This document shows positions 9,103 to 18,618 of a stretch of DNA of 64,000 nucleotides, one piece after another. How positions within the stretch are numbered: position 1 is the first letter of the stretch; every line of letters starts with the position of its first letter. The notes beneath the pieces are model-generated. The model was not told the origin of the DNA, ran no database searches, and was given only the letters and a program-made list of their open reading frames with translations. Both the position numbers and the translations under genes were made by a program. This stretch comes from an uncultured Candidatus Saccharibacteria bacterium (GTDB lineage Bacteria > Patescibacteriota > Minisyncoccia > Phycocordibacterales > PALSA-1337): the NCBI GenBank assembly GCA_964561875.1, contig CAZLQL010000003.1, forward strand, positions 5,822-69,821. The letters run 5' to 3'.

Positions 9103-9140
9103 AATAATTTTTTGACATATTTTTATAAAGCGTGCTATAT
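9103..9140 (+). promoter_or_regulatory. Sigma70-like promoter (TTGACA-N17/18-TATATT) for the downstream small RNA
   Basis: TTGACA at 9103-9108 and a TATATT-like -10 about 18 nt downstream. The GC-rich transcript begins about 8 nt after it. Confidence 0.4.
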
Positions 9141-9147
9141 TTATGTT

Positions 9148-9299
9148 GCCCAGGTCCTGAAAGATGTTGAGAGACAGCATGCGTGCTGCCTCTCTACTGG
9201 CATCACACCTCGCGAGAGGCACGCGTGATGCTAGCACCTCCAAGCATCAAATAGGGGCCTGGGCACCACACAAAACCTTCTTTCGGGAGGGTTTTTTTA
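9148..9299 (+). ncRNA. Small structured RNA, candidate SRP RNA (ffs), with intrinsic terminator
   Basis: GC-rich segment in an AT-rich genome with no credible ORF. Terminal helix GCCCAGG/CCTGGGC. CCAGGUCCUGAAAG resembles the SRP helix-8 motif CCAGGUCCGGAAGG. Internal CCUC-GCGA-GAGG GNRA hairpin. Followed by a CCTTC-loop-GGAGG-T7 terminator at about 9273-9299. Confidence 0.4.
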
Positions 9300-9394
9300 T
9301 TTATGTAAAGTTATACACATATATTTACCATAATATTTACCTTATATTTACACAGCATTGCATTTTATTGTCTAAAGAGTTATTATATTTATCC

Positions 9395-9850
9395 GGAGGT
9401 ATACAGTCCGATCATGGAGGTTGGGTAAACTGTATACAAGTACTAATTCGGTAAAGCACGGAGGTGCTATGTCGTCTATCAGAGTCCCGAGAGACTTCGG
9501 TAAGTCTCATCGTAGTGCAACACAACACCCAGCGCGAGCCCAGCAATCTTCGGAGGAAGTTGCTGGGAAGCAAGCCCAAGCTCAGGTTCCAAAGGTGGAT
9601 TCGCCTGAGACGGTTGATCTGTGTCATGTTGCTCCCAAAAGGCAGCCAGTCAAGCATGGCGTTTATAAGTTTCCAAGGTGCCAGCCAGTAAATGGTCCCT
9701 CATTGAGGGAACAGATTCAGAGGCATAATGAGATCCTGTACGGGGGAGCTGAGTTTGGGATCCCAAGCTAACTGAAACTGAAAGTCTTTTAGACACGAAA
9801 CCCGCTAGGTATGTTCATATGATGTGGACTGCCTAAGCGGGTTTTTGATT
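9395..9850 (+). ncRNA. Structured ncRNA of unresolved class (~450 nt, GC-rich)
   Basis: ~52% GC island. Many perfect hairpins: GTATACAGT/ACTGTATAC 9 bp, GAGACTT-CGGT-AAGTCTC, CCCAGCAA..TTGCTGGG 8 bp, TTTGGGATCCCAAG, CCCTCATTGAGGG. Only short overlapping ORFs on both strands. Ends in a hairpin-T5 terminator at 9799-9850. An extended -10 promoter for the next gene follows. No tmRNA T-arm/CCA or tag frame found. Confidence 0.45.
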
Positions 9851-9882
9851 TTATAAAATATAGACAAAAAAATTATTGTATA

Positions 9883-9891
9883 TGGTATAAT
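9883..9891 (+). promoter_or_regulatory. Extended -10 element TGGTATAAT for the ATPase gene
   Basis: TGnTATAAT lies 21 nt upstream of the ATG at 9912, after the ncRNA terminator. Confidence 0.4.
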
Positions 9892-9911
9892 ATACACAGT
9901 AAAAAATCTCT

Positions 9912-11861
9912 ATGAATGAAGAAAGGATTACATATTTTGGACAAACAGATGCAAGGAATAAAAGGGTGTCTTTTGGTATAAAAGCAAAAGATAGAACTCG
10001 TCATGTTTATGTCATAGGAAAAACAGGTATGGGTAAGTCTACTTTACTCGAGAATATGGCTGTGCAGGATATAAAAAACGGTGAAGGTATGGCTTTTATA
10101 GATCCACACGGAAAAACTGCCGATCTATTACTTGAGTATGTGCCAAAAGAAAGAATAAAGGATGTAATATATTTTGCTCCTTTCGATTTGGATTACCCTA
10201 TATCATTTAATGTGCTTGAAAGTGTAGATGCAGACAAGAGACATCTAGTTGTTTCTGGGCTAATGAGTACATTTAAAAAGATTTGGAAGGATGCTTGGTC
10301 AGCCAGAATGGAATATATCCTAACAAATACTCTTCTTGCTCTCCTTGAATATCCAGAAGCAACACTACTCGGAGTAAATAGAATGCTTTCAGACAAAGAA
10401 TATAGAAAAAAAGTAATCTCTTGTGTAACAGATCCTGCAGTGAAGACCTTTTGGGTTGAAGAATTTGCAAACTATACAGAGCGTATGGCTGCAGAAGCTG
10501 TGCCTGCAATACAAAATAAGATCGGTCAGTTTACTGCAAATGCACTTATAAGAAACATGATAGGTCAATCCAAATCTTCTTTTGATATTAGAAAGGCTAT
10601 GGATGAGAAGAAGATTATGATAATTAACCTTTCAAAGGGAAGAATAGGAGAAACAAATGCAAATCTTCTAGGAGGTATGCTCATTACAAAGATATACCTC
10701 GCAGCACTTTCTCGTGCTGATGTTCCAGATAAAGTTTTAAAAACATTACCAAATTTCTATCTTTTTGTGGACGAGTTTCAATCTTTTGCAAATGAATCTT
10801 TTGCCGATATTTTGTCTGAGGCTAGAAAATATAAATTAAATCTAACAATTGCTCACCAATATATAGAACAAATGGAAGAAGAGGTAAGAGCAGCGGTATT
10901 CGGAAACGTTGGAACGATGATAGTCTTTAGGGTTGGTTCATATGATGCTGAGGTTTTGGAAAAAGAATTCGCACCGCAGTTTACTGCTGAGGATATTGTA
11001 AATCTTGGTTTCGCTCAAATATATTTGAAACTAATGATAGATGGAATAAGTTCATTACCTTTTTCTGCAACTACATTACCACCTATAGCTCAACCAGATG
11101 TTTCAAATGCAAAAGAAGTACTTGATACATCAAGATCGCAATTTGCTAGGACCAGAGCAGATGTTGAAAAAGCAATTGCAGATTGGCACGCACCTTTACC
11201 AGTTCCTCCGAAAGTAAAACCACAAACAAGACCTCAAGATAATCAAAGAGATTTAAATAGAGATGCAAATAGAGAGAGTTCAAAGACAAATGATAATCAC
11301 GGTCATACAAATTTGCATACAAATTCAAATACAAGTCCAGGTGTAAATCATAGTGCTTCTGAAAGTAAAAATAATGCAAGTAAGCCTCATTTTGATAATC
11401 ATTCACACTCACAAAATCAAAATCATGTTCATGTTGAAAATCATGTAAATAAAGAACATTCTAATCATCAAACAATAAATAATAGTAATATTCAGAATAC
11501 CCATACAAATCATCATGGTGAACATATGGAAAAAGATAAAAAAGATGATTTTATATCTCTAAATGATTTAAAGAAAAATATTCCAAATACGTCAAATATT
11601 ACTTCAAATAATAATCATAATAATACAAAGAATATAAAAACTCCTGATCCAAAAAATATCAGTGAATTAAAAAATGCTTTGGCTTCAGTATTGAAAAATA
11701 ATGATAAATTTAAGGAAAGTGCTAGACAAGTAAATACTGAACAAACAAAATCTCCAGTTCAAGATAGATCAAAAGAAAAAATAGCTCAAAATGATAATGT
11801 TAAACCAAATAATGGTGAAGTAAGTGAGGATGTACTAAAAGAGGTTCTTAAGGTAGAGTAA
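9912..11861 (+). CDS. FtsK/HerA-superfamily P-loop ATPase, VirD4/TraG/TrwB (type IV coupling protein)-like, with low-complexity C-terminal tail
   Basis: HVYVIGKTGMGKSTLLENM...FIDPHGK matches the T4CP pattern G.TG.GKS...DPKG. Walker B is LFVDEFQSF. The last ~190 aa are His/Asn/Ser-rich and disordered-looking (HVHVENHVNKEHSNHQ...). Confidence 0.55.
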   Translation: MNEERITYFGQTDARNKRVSFGIKAKDRTRHVYVIGKTGMGKSTLLENMAVQDIKNGEGMAFIDPHGKTADLLLEYVPKERIKDVIYFAPFDLDYPISFNVLESVDADKRHLVVSGLMSTFKKIWKDAWSARMEYILTNTLLALLEYPEATLLGVNRMLSDKEYRKKVISCVTDPAVKTFWVEEFANYTERMAAEAVPAIQNKIGQFTANALIRNMIGQSKSSFDIRKAMDEKKIMIINLSKGRIGETNANLLGGMLITKIYLAALSRADVPDKVLKTLPNFYLFVDEFQSFANESFADILSEARKYKLNLTIAHQYIEQMEEEVRAAVFGNVGTMIVFRVGSYDAEVLEKEFAPQFTAEDIVNLGFAQIYLKLMIDGISSLPFSATTLPPIAQPDVSNAKEVLDTSRSQFARTRADVEKAIADWHAPLPVPPKVKPQTRPQDNQRDLNRDANRESSKTNDNHGHTNLHTNSNTSPGVNHSASESKNNASKPHFDNHSHSQNQNHVHVENHVNKEHSNHQTINNSNIQNTHTNHHGEHMEKDKKDDFISLNDLKKNIPNTSNITSNNNHNNTKNIKTPDPKNISELKNALASVLKNNDKFKESARQVNTEQTKSPVQDRSKEKIAQNDNVKPNNGEVSEDVLKEVLKVE

Positions 11862-11865
11862 ATAC

Positions 11866-13074
11866 ATGGAAAAGGGGGTAAATAACAGCCAAAACAAGAT
11901 TGCACTGATCTTTTCAGTAGCTTATTATCCTTATCTAATAGGAGGGGCAGAGGTAGCTGTAAAAGAGATAACTGACAGAATAAATTCAGATTATGAGTTT
12001 GACATGATAACTCTTTATGCTGGAGAGAAAAGAGTGGAGAAAATTGGAAATATAAATGTATATAGAGTAGGTCCAAAGATAGATATCAGACAAGGTAAAG
12101 CAGTAAAAATATCTCATTTTATAAAAGTCATATACATCATAAGTGCATTTTTTAAGGCACTTATTTTAAATAGAAAAAGAAAGTATGATTTTATTTGGTC
12201 TATAATGGCAAGCTTCTCAGGATTTAGTGCATTATTTTTCAAATATATAAATAAAGAAATACCTTTTCTATTAACTTTGCAGGAAGGAGATTCTCTGGAA
12301 CATATACAAAAAGCTCTTGGTATTACATACCCGATATCTAAACCACTTTATAAAAAGATTTTTGTAAAGGCAGATTATATACAAGCTATATCAAAATTCT
12401 TGGCAGACTATGCAAAAGATATGGGTGCGGTTTGTGATATAGAGATAATTCCAAATGCTGTAGACTTTAAACTTTTTTCTAATCCTCAACAACAAGGTCA
12501 GATTAAGGCTTTGAAATCAGAGTTGGGAATAAAAGATGATGAAAATGTACTGATTACAACGTCTAGATTGGTACAAAAGAATGCTGTCGGGGATATTATC
12601 GATTCCATGTCATTTCTTCCAAAAAATACAAAACTTTTGATACTTGGTATTGGCTCGCAGGAGGATTTTCTTAAAGAAAAAGTAAGTTTACTAAAGCTTG
12701 AAGATAGAGTTGCATTTGTAGGTTTTGTTCCGTATAAAGATATTCCTTTATACCTAAGTATTTCACATGTATTTATAAGACCGTCATTATCTGAAGGTTT
12801 CGGAAATTCATTTATCGAAGCAATGGCTTCTGGCATTCCAGTTGTAGCTACAAAAGTTGGAGGTATAGTTGATTTTCTAATCGACAATCAAACTGGATTT
12901 TTTTGTGAAGTAAAGAATCCAAAAAGTATAGCAGATAAAGTCAATCTAATATTATCTAATTCTGATTTGAGAAGTGAAGTTATAGAAAATGCAAAGAAAA
13001 TGGTTAAAGAAAAATATGATTGGGATATTATCTCTAAGGATATGGTAGGTAATGTTTTTAATAAAATTAGATAA
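11866..13074 (+). CDS. Glycosyltransferase family 4 (GT-B, retaining)
   Basis: C-terminal EGFGNSFIEAMASGIPVVATKVGGIVDF matches the GT4/GT1 E-x7-E nucleotide-sugar binding motif. Confidence 0.8.
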   Translation: MEKGVNNSQNKIALIFSVAYYPYLIGGAEVAVKEITDRINSDYEFDMITLYAGEKRVEKIGNINVYRVGPKIDIRQGKAVKISHFIKVIYIISAFFKALILNRKRKYDFIWSIMASFSGFSALFFKYINKEIPFLLTLQEGDSLEHIQKALGITYPISKPLYKKIFVKADYIQAISKFLADYAKDMGAVCDIEIIPNAVDFKLFSNPQQQGQIKALKSELGIKDDENVLITTSRLVQKNAVGDIIDSMSFLPKNTKLLILGIGSQEDFLKEKVSLLKLEDRVAFVGFVPYKDIPLYLSISHVFIRPSLSEGFGNSFIEAMASGIPVVATKVGGIVDFLIDNQTGFFCEVKNPKSIADKVNLILSNSDLRSEVIENAKKMVKEKYDWDIISKDMVGNVFNKIR

Positions 13075-13075
13075 A

Positions 13076-14104
13076 ATGAAAATATTAATTTCTACAGGTA
13101 TATATCCACCTAAAACTTCCGGCCCAGCACAATATGCTTTCAATATGAATAGGGTTTGGACAAATATGGGTCATACAGTCTACGTCAAGACATTCGGTAT
13201 TGAAAATATGATACCAACAGGTTTAAGACATTTGTTTTATTTTATTAAGATCATACCTAGCGTAATATGGTCAGATTTCGTATTTGCTTTAGATACATTT
13301 AGTGTTGGATTACCAACTGCTCTAGCTTGTTTTTTATTTAATAAAAAATTGGTTATAAGAACGGGGGGTGATTTTCTTTGGGAAGGTTATGTAGAGAGAA
13401 CAGGTGATATGGCACTTTTGAAAGACTTTTATAAGACTAGACTAGATAAATTTTATATAAAAGAAAAAATAATTTTTTATTTAACAAAATGGACATTGTC
13501 TCATACAGATAAAATTATATTTAGTACATCATGGCAAAAAGATATATTCCTATACCCTTATGAATTGATTAATAAAAATAATGACGGGGAGATATGTATA
13601 GTAGAAAACAGATATGGAGAAAAAGAAAAACAAGATATAAAAAATATAATAAATAAAGATTTTATAGGGAGTACAAGACCACTTAAGTGGAAAAATCTTG
13701 GTTTACTAAATGAAGTTTTTAATGATCCTAAACTATCTCAAAATGGACTGAAACTTATAACAAATGAAATGCCATATCAAAAATTTATGGATATGATAAA
13801 AGAATCATACGCTGTAATACTTGTTTCTCTGGGTGACATAAGTCCGCATATGATCCTAGATGCAATACGACTTAATAAACCTTTTATCGTCACAGAAGAA
13901 AACGGTTTAATGAATAGAATTGCTGATATATCAATAACAGTAAATCCACTTGATCAAAACGATATAAAAGAGAAGATTGATTTCTTACTTGATAAAGATA
14001 ATTACAATAGACAAGTAGAAAAAATAAAATCATTCAATTTTATTCACACTTGGGAAGACATAGCAAAAGAGATTATTGAGATTTCAAATAGTATAAAAAA
14101 ATAA
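13076..14104 (+). CDS. Glycosyltransferase, GT-B fold (GT4-like N-domain)
   Basis: Likely start at MKILISTGIYPPKTSGPAQY (GT4 N-domain pattern); the track start 13052 overlaps the upstream gene. C-terminal domain is divergent. Confidence 0.5.
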   Translation: MKILISTGIYPPKTSGPAQYAFNMNRVWTNMGHTVYVKTFGIENMIPTGLRHLFYFIKIIPSVIWSDFVFALDTFSVGLPTALACFLFNKKLVIRTGGDFLWEGYVERTGDMALLKDFYKTRLDKFYIKEKIIFYLTKWTLSHTDKIIFSTSWQKDIFLYPYELINKNNDGEICIVENRYGEKEKQDIKNIINKDFIGSTRPLKWKNLGLLNEVFNDPKLSQNGLKLITNEMPYQKFMDMIKESYAVILVSLGDISPHMILDAIRLNKPFIVTEENGLMNRIADISITVNPLDQNDIKEKIDFLLDKDNYNRQVEKIKSFNFIHTWEDIAKEIIEISNSIKK

Positions 14105-14105
14105 T

Positions 14106-15089
14106 ATGAAATTATTATCCATTTCAACAGATAGAAAAATATTTGATAAAAATAGTAGTGTTGCATTGAGGCAAATTGATTATGCAAAAAAATATGAAGA
14201 AGTACACATTATCGTATTTTCTGATGTAAAATTCTCTGAAACTGTATTGGCACCTAATCTATGGATTTATCCAACTAGATCAAGTTCAAAATGGAAATAT
14301 ATATATGACGGTTTAAAATTGGCAAAATTTATCTTGAGTAAAAGGGGTATAACCCATATCACATGCCAAGATCCATTTGAAACAGGTTTAATAGGTGCTA
14401 TTTTAAAAAATAAAAATCCAAATGTTGAGCTTGAATTGCAAATACATACTGATATTGGAAGTGAATATTTTCAAAAGTTTAGTTTTTTAAATAGGATTAG
14501 AACTAGACTTTCATATTTTACTTTAATAAGAGCAGATCATATAAGAGTTGTTTCAAATAGAATCAAGGATTATTTAATTAAATTTATTGATTCATCAAAA
14601 ATAGAAGTTCGTCCAATAAAAGTAGATTTTGAAAAGATAAATAACTCCTCAATAACTACTGATTTACATAAACAGTATCCTCAATATGAAAAGATCGTTC
14701 TTATGGCAAGTAGATTGGAAAAAGAGAAAAATATAGACATGGCTATTGATGCTTTTTCTGAAGTTTTGAAGATGAGGCAAAATGTCGGCCTAGTTATCGT
14801 GGGTGATGGTAGTCAGAAACAATTACTTGAAAAAAGAGTAAAAGATTTGGGAATAGCAGGATCAGTAGTCTTTTTGGGATGGCAAAATGATGTGATTACT
14901 TACTATAAAACTTGTGATATATTTTTATCTACTTCATGGTACGAGGGGTACGGTCTATCTTTAGTAGAAGCACATAGTTTAGGAATAAAGGTTGTAAGTA
15001 CTGATGTTGGTATTGCAAAAGAATTAAATTTAAAAATTGTTAAATTTGATAAGACATCTATCGCTTGGGGGATTATCGAAAATATATGA
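14106..15089 (+). CDS. Glycosyltransferase family 4
   Basis: STSWYEGYGLSLVEAHSLGIKVVSTDVG matches the GT4 motif. Confidence 0.75.
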   Translation: MKLLSISTDRKIFDKNSSVALRQIDYAKKYEEVHIIVFSDVKFSETVLAPNLWIYPTRSSSKWKYIYDGLKLAKFILSKRGITHITCQDPFETGLIGAILKNKNPNVELELQIHTDIGSEYFQKFSFLNRIRTRLSYFTLIRADHIRVVSNRIKDYLIKFIDSSKIEVRPIKVDFEKINNSSITTDLHKQYPQYEKIVLMASRLEKEKNIDMAIDAFSEVLKMRQNVGLVIVGDGSQKQLLEKRVKDLGIAGSVVFLGWQNDVITYYKTCDIFLSTSWYEGYGLSLVEAHSLGIKVVSTDVGIAKELNLKIVKFDKTSIAWGIIENI

Positions 15090-16567
15090 ATTCTATAATG
15101 AAAAATACACTAGTAAAGTACATAATTTCAGGTTGTACTGCAGCCTTGGTAAATCTGACCACTCTACATTTTTTAGATATATATTCAGGTTTTCATTATC
15201 TATTAAGTGTTAATATTGCATTTATAACTGCATTTTTTATAAGTTTTTTTATGCAGAAGTATTGGACATTTAATGACAATAGGAAAGATAAGACTGGTCT
15301 GCAACTCATAAAATACTTCTCAGTTTCGATAATAAATGTCTTTTTAAATAGTTTTTTAATATATTTACTTGTAAGCAAAATAGAAATTTCAGGAATTCTC
15401 TTTTTAAGACAGGTTGTACTCGCTCAGATAATATCTGCGATAATTGTTGCTATCGAATCGTACTTTGTTTATAAAATATTGATTTTTGATAAAAAACCTA
15501 TTTTAAAACATGATAATAAGCCAAAAAGAATATTGATAATTACACAAAAAATAGATAAAGATGATAGCTATTTTGGCTTTTTCCATGATTGGGTAAAGTT
15601 GTTTGCTCAATCGTGTGAAAGTGTAACTGTTGTATCGCTCGAAACACATGGTTATGATTTACCAGGAAATGTCGAGGTTTTATCTTTAGGTAAAGAAGCA
15701 CAAAGATCTCGTTTTAATTATTTAAAATTATTCTACAAATACATAATAGAGAATAGGGATAAATACGATTCAGTATTTTGTCATATGAGCCCACTTTATG
15801 TGATCTGTGGTTATCTTGTGTGGAGTATTTTAAATAAAAAAATAGTTTTGTGGTACGTTCATAGATCTGTAGACTTTAAATTACGCTTATCACACCTGCT
15901 AGTAGATGAAGTTCTGACTTCTACAAAAGAGACCTTTGGTATTAAGTCAGATAAAATAAAATATCTAGGTCAAGCAGTGTCAGTAGAACATTTTTCAAAC
16001 AAAATCGGAGAAAGAAAACCAGATGGCTATTTTAATATAATAACCGTAGGAAGAATCACACCGATTAAAAGAGTTGATATTGCCATAGAATCTTTAGCAT
16101 TATTGATAGAAAGTAAGGTTCCAGCCAAACTATATATAGCTGGTGCACCAACTATGGAAGGGGATTTTGAATATGAATCAATGCTACAAAAAAAGATAAA
16201 GGATCTAGGTTTGGGTGATAGTGTTATATTTCTTGGTCCAATTCCTTATAAAAATATACCAAAATACTACTGGGAAAGTGATGTCTGTATAAACCTTGCA
16301 CCAACAGGAGGGTTGGATAAAACCGTACTCGAGGCAATGATGGCAGGTTTGCCAGTTATAACATCAAATATGGCATTTACAGATCACTTAAATGGTTATG
16401 TTAAAGATTTATTGTGTAATGATAGCGATCCAAAAGATACAGCTTCTAAATTATACAATCTATATAATTCCAAGAACTATTCTTTTGTAGGATTTTCTCT
16501 GAGAAAAGAGGTGCTCAAACGTTCTACACTAGATGCTCTAATTTTAAATATAATAAAAGAATTATAA
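15086..16567 (+). CDS. GtrA-like membrane domain fused to GT4 glycosyltransferase
   Basis: N-terminal ~140 aa are 4-TM with GtrA-family features (KYIISGCTAALVNL...QKYWTFND). C-terminal GGLDKTVLEAMMAGLPVITSN matches the GT4 motif. Start taken at the internal ATG. Confidence 0.6.
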   Translation: MNSIMKNTLVKYIISGCTAALVNLTTLHFLDIYSGFHYLLSVNIAFITAFFISFFMQKYWTFNDNRKDKTGLQLIKYFSVSIINVFLNSFLIYLLVSKIEISGILFLRQVVLAQIISAIIVAIESYFVYKILIFDKKPILKHDNKPKRILIITQKIDKDDSYFGFFHDWVKLFAQSCESVTVVSLETHGYDLPGNVEVLSLGKEAQRSRFNYLKLFYKYIIENRDKYDSVFCHMSPLYVICGYLVWSILNKKIVLWYVHRSVDFKLRLSHLLVDEVLTSTKETFGIKSDKIKYLGQAVSVEHFSNKIGERKPDGYFNIITVGRITPIKRVDIAIESLALLIESKVPAKLYIAGAPTMEGDFEYESMLQKKIKDLGLGDSVIFLGPIPYKNIPKYYWESDVCINLAPTGGLDKTVLEAMMAGLPVITSNMAFTDHLNGYVKDLLCNDSDPKDTASKLYNLYNSKNYSFVGFSLRKEVLKRSTLDALILNIIKEL

Positions 16568-16568
16568 A

Positions 16569-17636
16569 ATGAAAAAGATATGTTTTTTCGGTATATATGA
16601 TTCAAATTATTCTAGAAATAAAGTACTAATAAAGGGTTTTAAAGAAAATACTTTTGAAGTTTATGAATGCAAAATTGATCCGAGAAAATACGGCGGTTTT
16701 TCAAAATTTTATGAACTATATAAAGAGTATAAAAAGATAAAAGATATTGAATTTGACCACGTTATCGTAGCTTTTCCAGGTCATAGTGTAGTGTGGTTGG
16801 CTTACATTCTTTTTGGTAGAAATATTGTTTTTGATGCTTTCGTCTCTCTTTATAATTCAAATGTACAAGATAGGGAAAAGTATAGTAAATTTTCATTATC
16901 GTCTTTTAAAGACGCATTTCTCGATTGGTACTCTGTTTATTTAGCTAAAACAGTTTTACTCGATACAAATGAACATATCAAATACTTTTCTAAAAGATAT
17001 GGTTTAAAATCAGACAAAATGATTAGAGTTTTAGTTGGTACTGATACAGACATAATGAAACCAGATAAATATATAAATAATAATGAATTTGTATTACATT
17101 TTCACGGAAGTTTTATACCTCTTCAAGGGATTCAATATATAGTGCAGGCATATAGTATTGTATTAAATAAATATAGAGAAAATAATATCAGATTAAGAAT
17201 AATCGGTAGAGGTCAAGAAACAAATAAAATAAAAGAATTATCTAAGACTTTGAATATTTATGATAGGATCGATTTTATAGATTATGTGCCGTATGATGAA
17301 TTGGTAAAATACATAAATAATTCTCATATAAATCTTGGTATATTTGGTAATGGAATAAAATCAAACATGGTAATACCAAATAAAGTATATGAAGCTATTG
17401 CTTGTGGAAAGGCAGTAGTAACAGCAGATACCGATGCAATAAAAGAGGTTTTAATAAATAATGAAAATGCTATTTTGGTAACTAAAGCTGATAGTGAAGA
17501 ACTTGCAAAAGTAATAGTAGATTTGAAAAATAATAAAAATACTATAGATAGAATAGAGAATAATATAATAAAGTTGAGAGAAAAGGTGACTCCAAAAGCT
17601 ATAGTTTCTGATTTAATAAATAAGCTAAAATCATAA
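16569..17636 (+). CDS. Glycosyltransferase, GT-B fold (GT1/GT4-like)
   Basis: C-terminal NKVYEAIACGKAVVTADTDAIKEVL resembles the GT-B donor-binding motif. Confidence 0.5.
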   Translation: MKKICFFGIYDSNYSRNKVLIKGFKENTFEVYECKIDPRKYGGFSKFYELYKEYKKIKDIEFDHVIVAFPGHSVVWLAYILFGRNIVFDAFVSLYNSNVQDREKYSKFSLSSFKDAFLDWYSVYLAKTVLLDTNEHIKYFSKRYGLKSDKMIRVLVGTDTDIMKPDKYINNNEFVLHFHGSFIPLQGIQYIVQAYSIVLNKYRENNIRLRIIGRGQETNKIKELSKTLNIYDRIDFIDYVPYDELVKYINNSHINLGIFGNGIKSNMVIPNKVYEAIACGKAVVTADTDAIKEVLINNENAILVTKADSEELAKVIVDLKNNKNTIDRIENNIIKLREKVTPKAIVSDLINKLKS

Positions 17637-17637
17637 T

Positions 17638-18618
17638 ATGATAAATATTGCTTGTATAATTCCAAATAAAAAAGACGACTATCTCACAAATACTGTAATC
17701 GATGGTCTCTCTCAGCTTGAAAATGAAGGTGAAATAAATTATTTTGTTTCTTCAAATTTATATAAAAATGAAAATATTAAAGAAAAAAATAGGAGAGTAA
17801 ATGATAGTAATTTTATCGAAGAGGCAAAAAGTGCAGATATAATAATACTTTTTTGGAGTAAAGACGGGACAGATATAAATACTGCAAATAAAATAAATAG
17901 ATTTGATAAAACAGTTTTTATAGACGGTAGTGAATTGGGAGGTAATAAAAGACTAGATGAAGAAATTGTAAATAAAGTACAAAATCTAAAGTGGGAAAAT
18001 CAAGGAAAGATAGATGTTGAAATGATGCAAAAATGCATAGGATACTTCAGGAGAGAAAAGCCCTATATAAATGGAATAATCCCTTTTCCATTTGGTATAG
18101 AGAGAAAATATATAAATTGGAATAAAGAAATAAAAAAAGATATTGATTTTGTTTGTATATTCGGACAACAGGACTATCCACCACTTAGAAGAGAAGTAAA
18201 AGAAATACTTGAAGATTTCTGTAAAAGAAATAACTTTTCATATTTTACACAAAAAACAAAAAGTAAAGATGAATTTTACAATATTCTTTCAAGGGCAAAA
18301 GTTGGAATTTCTGTCAGTGGAGGAGGATATGATACAGCAAGATTTTGGGAAATATTGGCCAATAACTGTATTTTAATTACTGAAAAAATAGATATATATA
18401 GACCAGAAAATCATAGGTTAAATTATAAAAATATATTTGAATTCAATAATAAAAATGATTTTTTGAATGTTTTAACAAGAGTTTCTCAGTATATTGTAAA
18501 TGATTATGATACAGATTATATCAGTGATGAATATAAGGAAATTATAGAGAAACATGGCACAAGATCCAGAGTAAAAGAAATAATTGATTATTGTAAATAT
18601 AAAGGTATTATTAAATAA
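17638..18618 (+). CDS. Hypothetical protein within the glycan cluster (possible GT-B-like transferase)
   Basis: No recognisable motif. Co-directional and 1 nt from its neighbours. Confidence 0.3.
   Translation: MINIACIIPNKKDDYLTNTVIDGLSQLENEGEINYFVSSNLYKNENIKEKNRRVNDSNFIEEAKSADIIILFWSKDGTDINTANKINRFDKTVFIDGSELGGNKRLDEEIVNKVQNLKWENQGKIDVEMMQKCIGYFRREKPYINGIIPFPFGIERKYINWNKEIKKDIDFVCIFGQQDYPPLRREVKEILEDFCKRNNFSYFTQKTKSKDEFYNILSRAKVGISVSGGGYDTARFWEILANNCILITEKIDIYRPENHRLNYKNIFEFNNKNDFLNVLTRVSQYIVNDYDTDYISDEYKEIIEKHGTRSRVKEIIDYCKYKGIIK

Noticed and set aside
9164-9771. ORFs of 75-116 aa on both strands inside the GC-rich island (9164-9454, 9412-9657, 9421-9771, 9464-9691)
   Set aside because: They overlap each other and are low complexity, with no start context. 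The region is better explained by promoter- and terminator-bounded structured RNAs, since random ORFs are expected at high GC.
9395-9850. tmRNA (ssrA) identity for the large GC-rich RNA
   Set aside because: No GGUUCGAxUCC T-arm, no acceptor/CCA end, and no short tag-like reading frame ending in a hydrophobic tail plus stop could be found.
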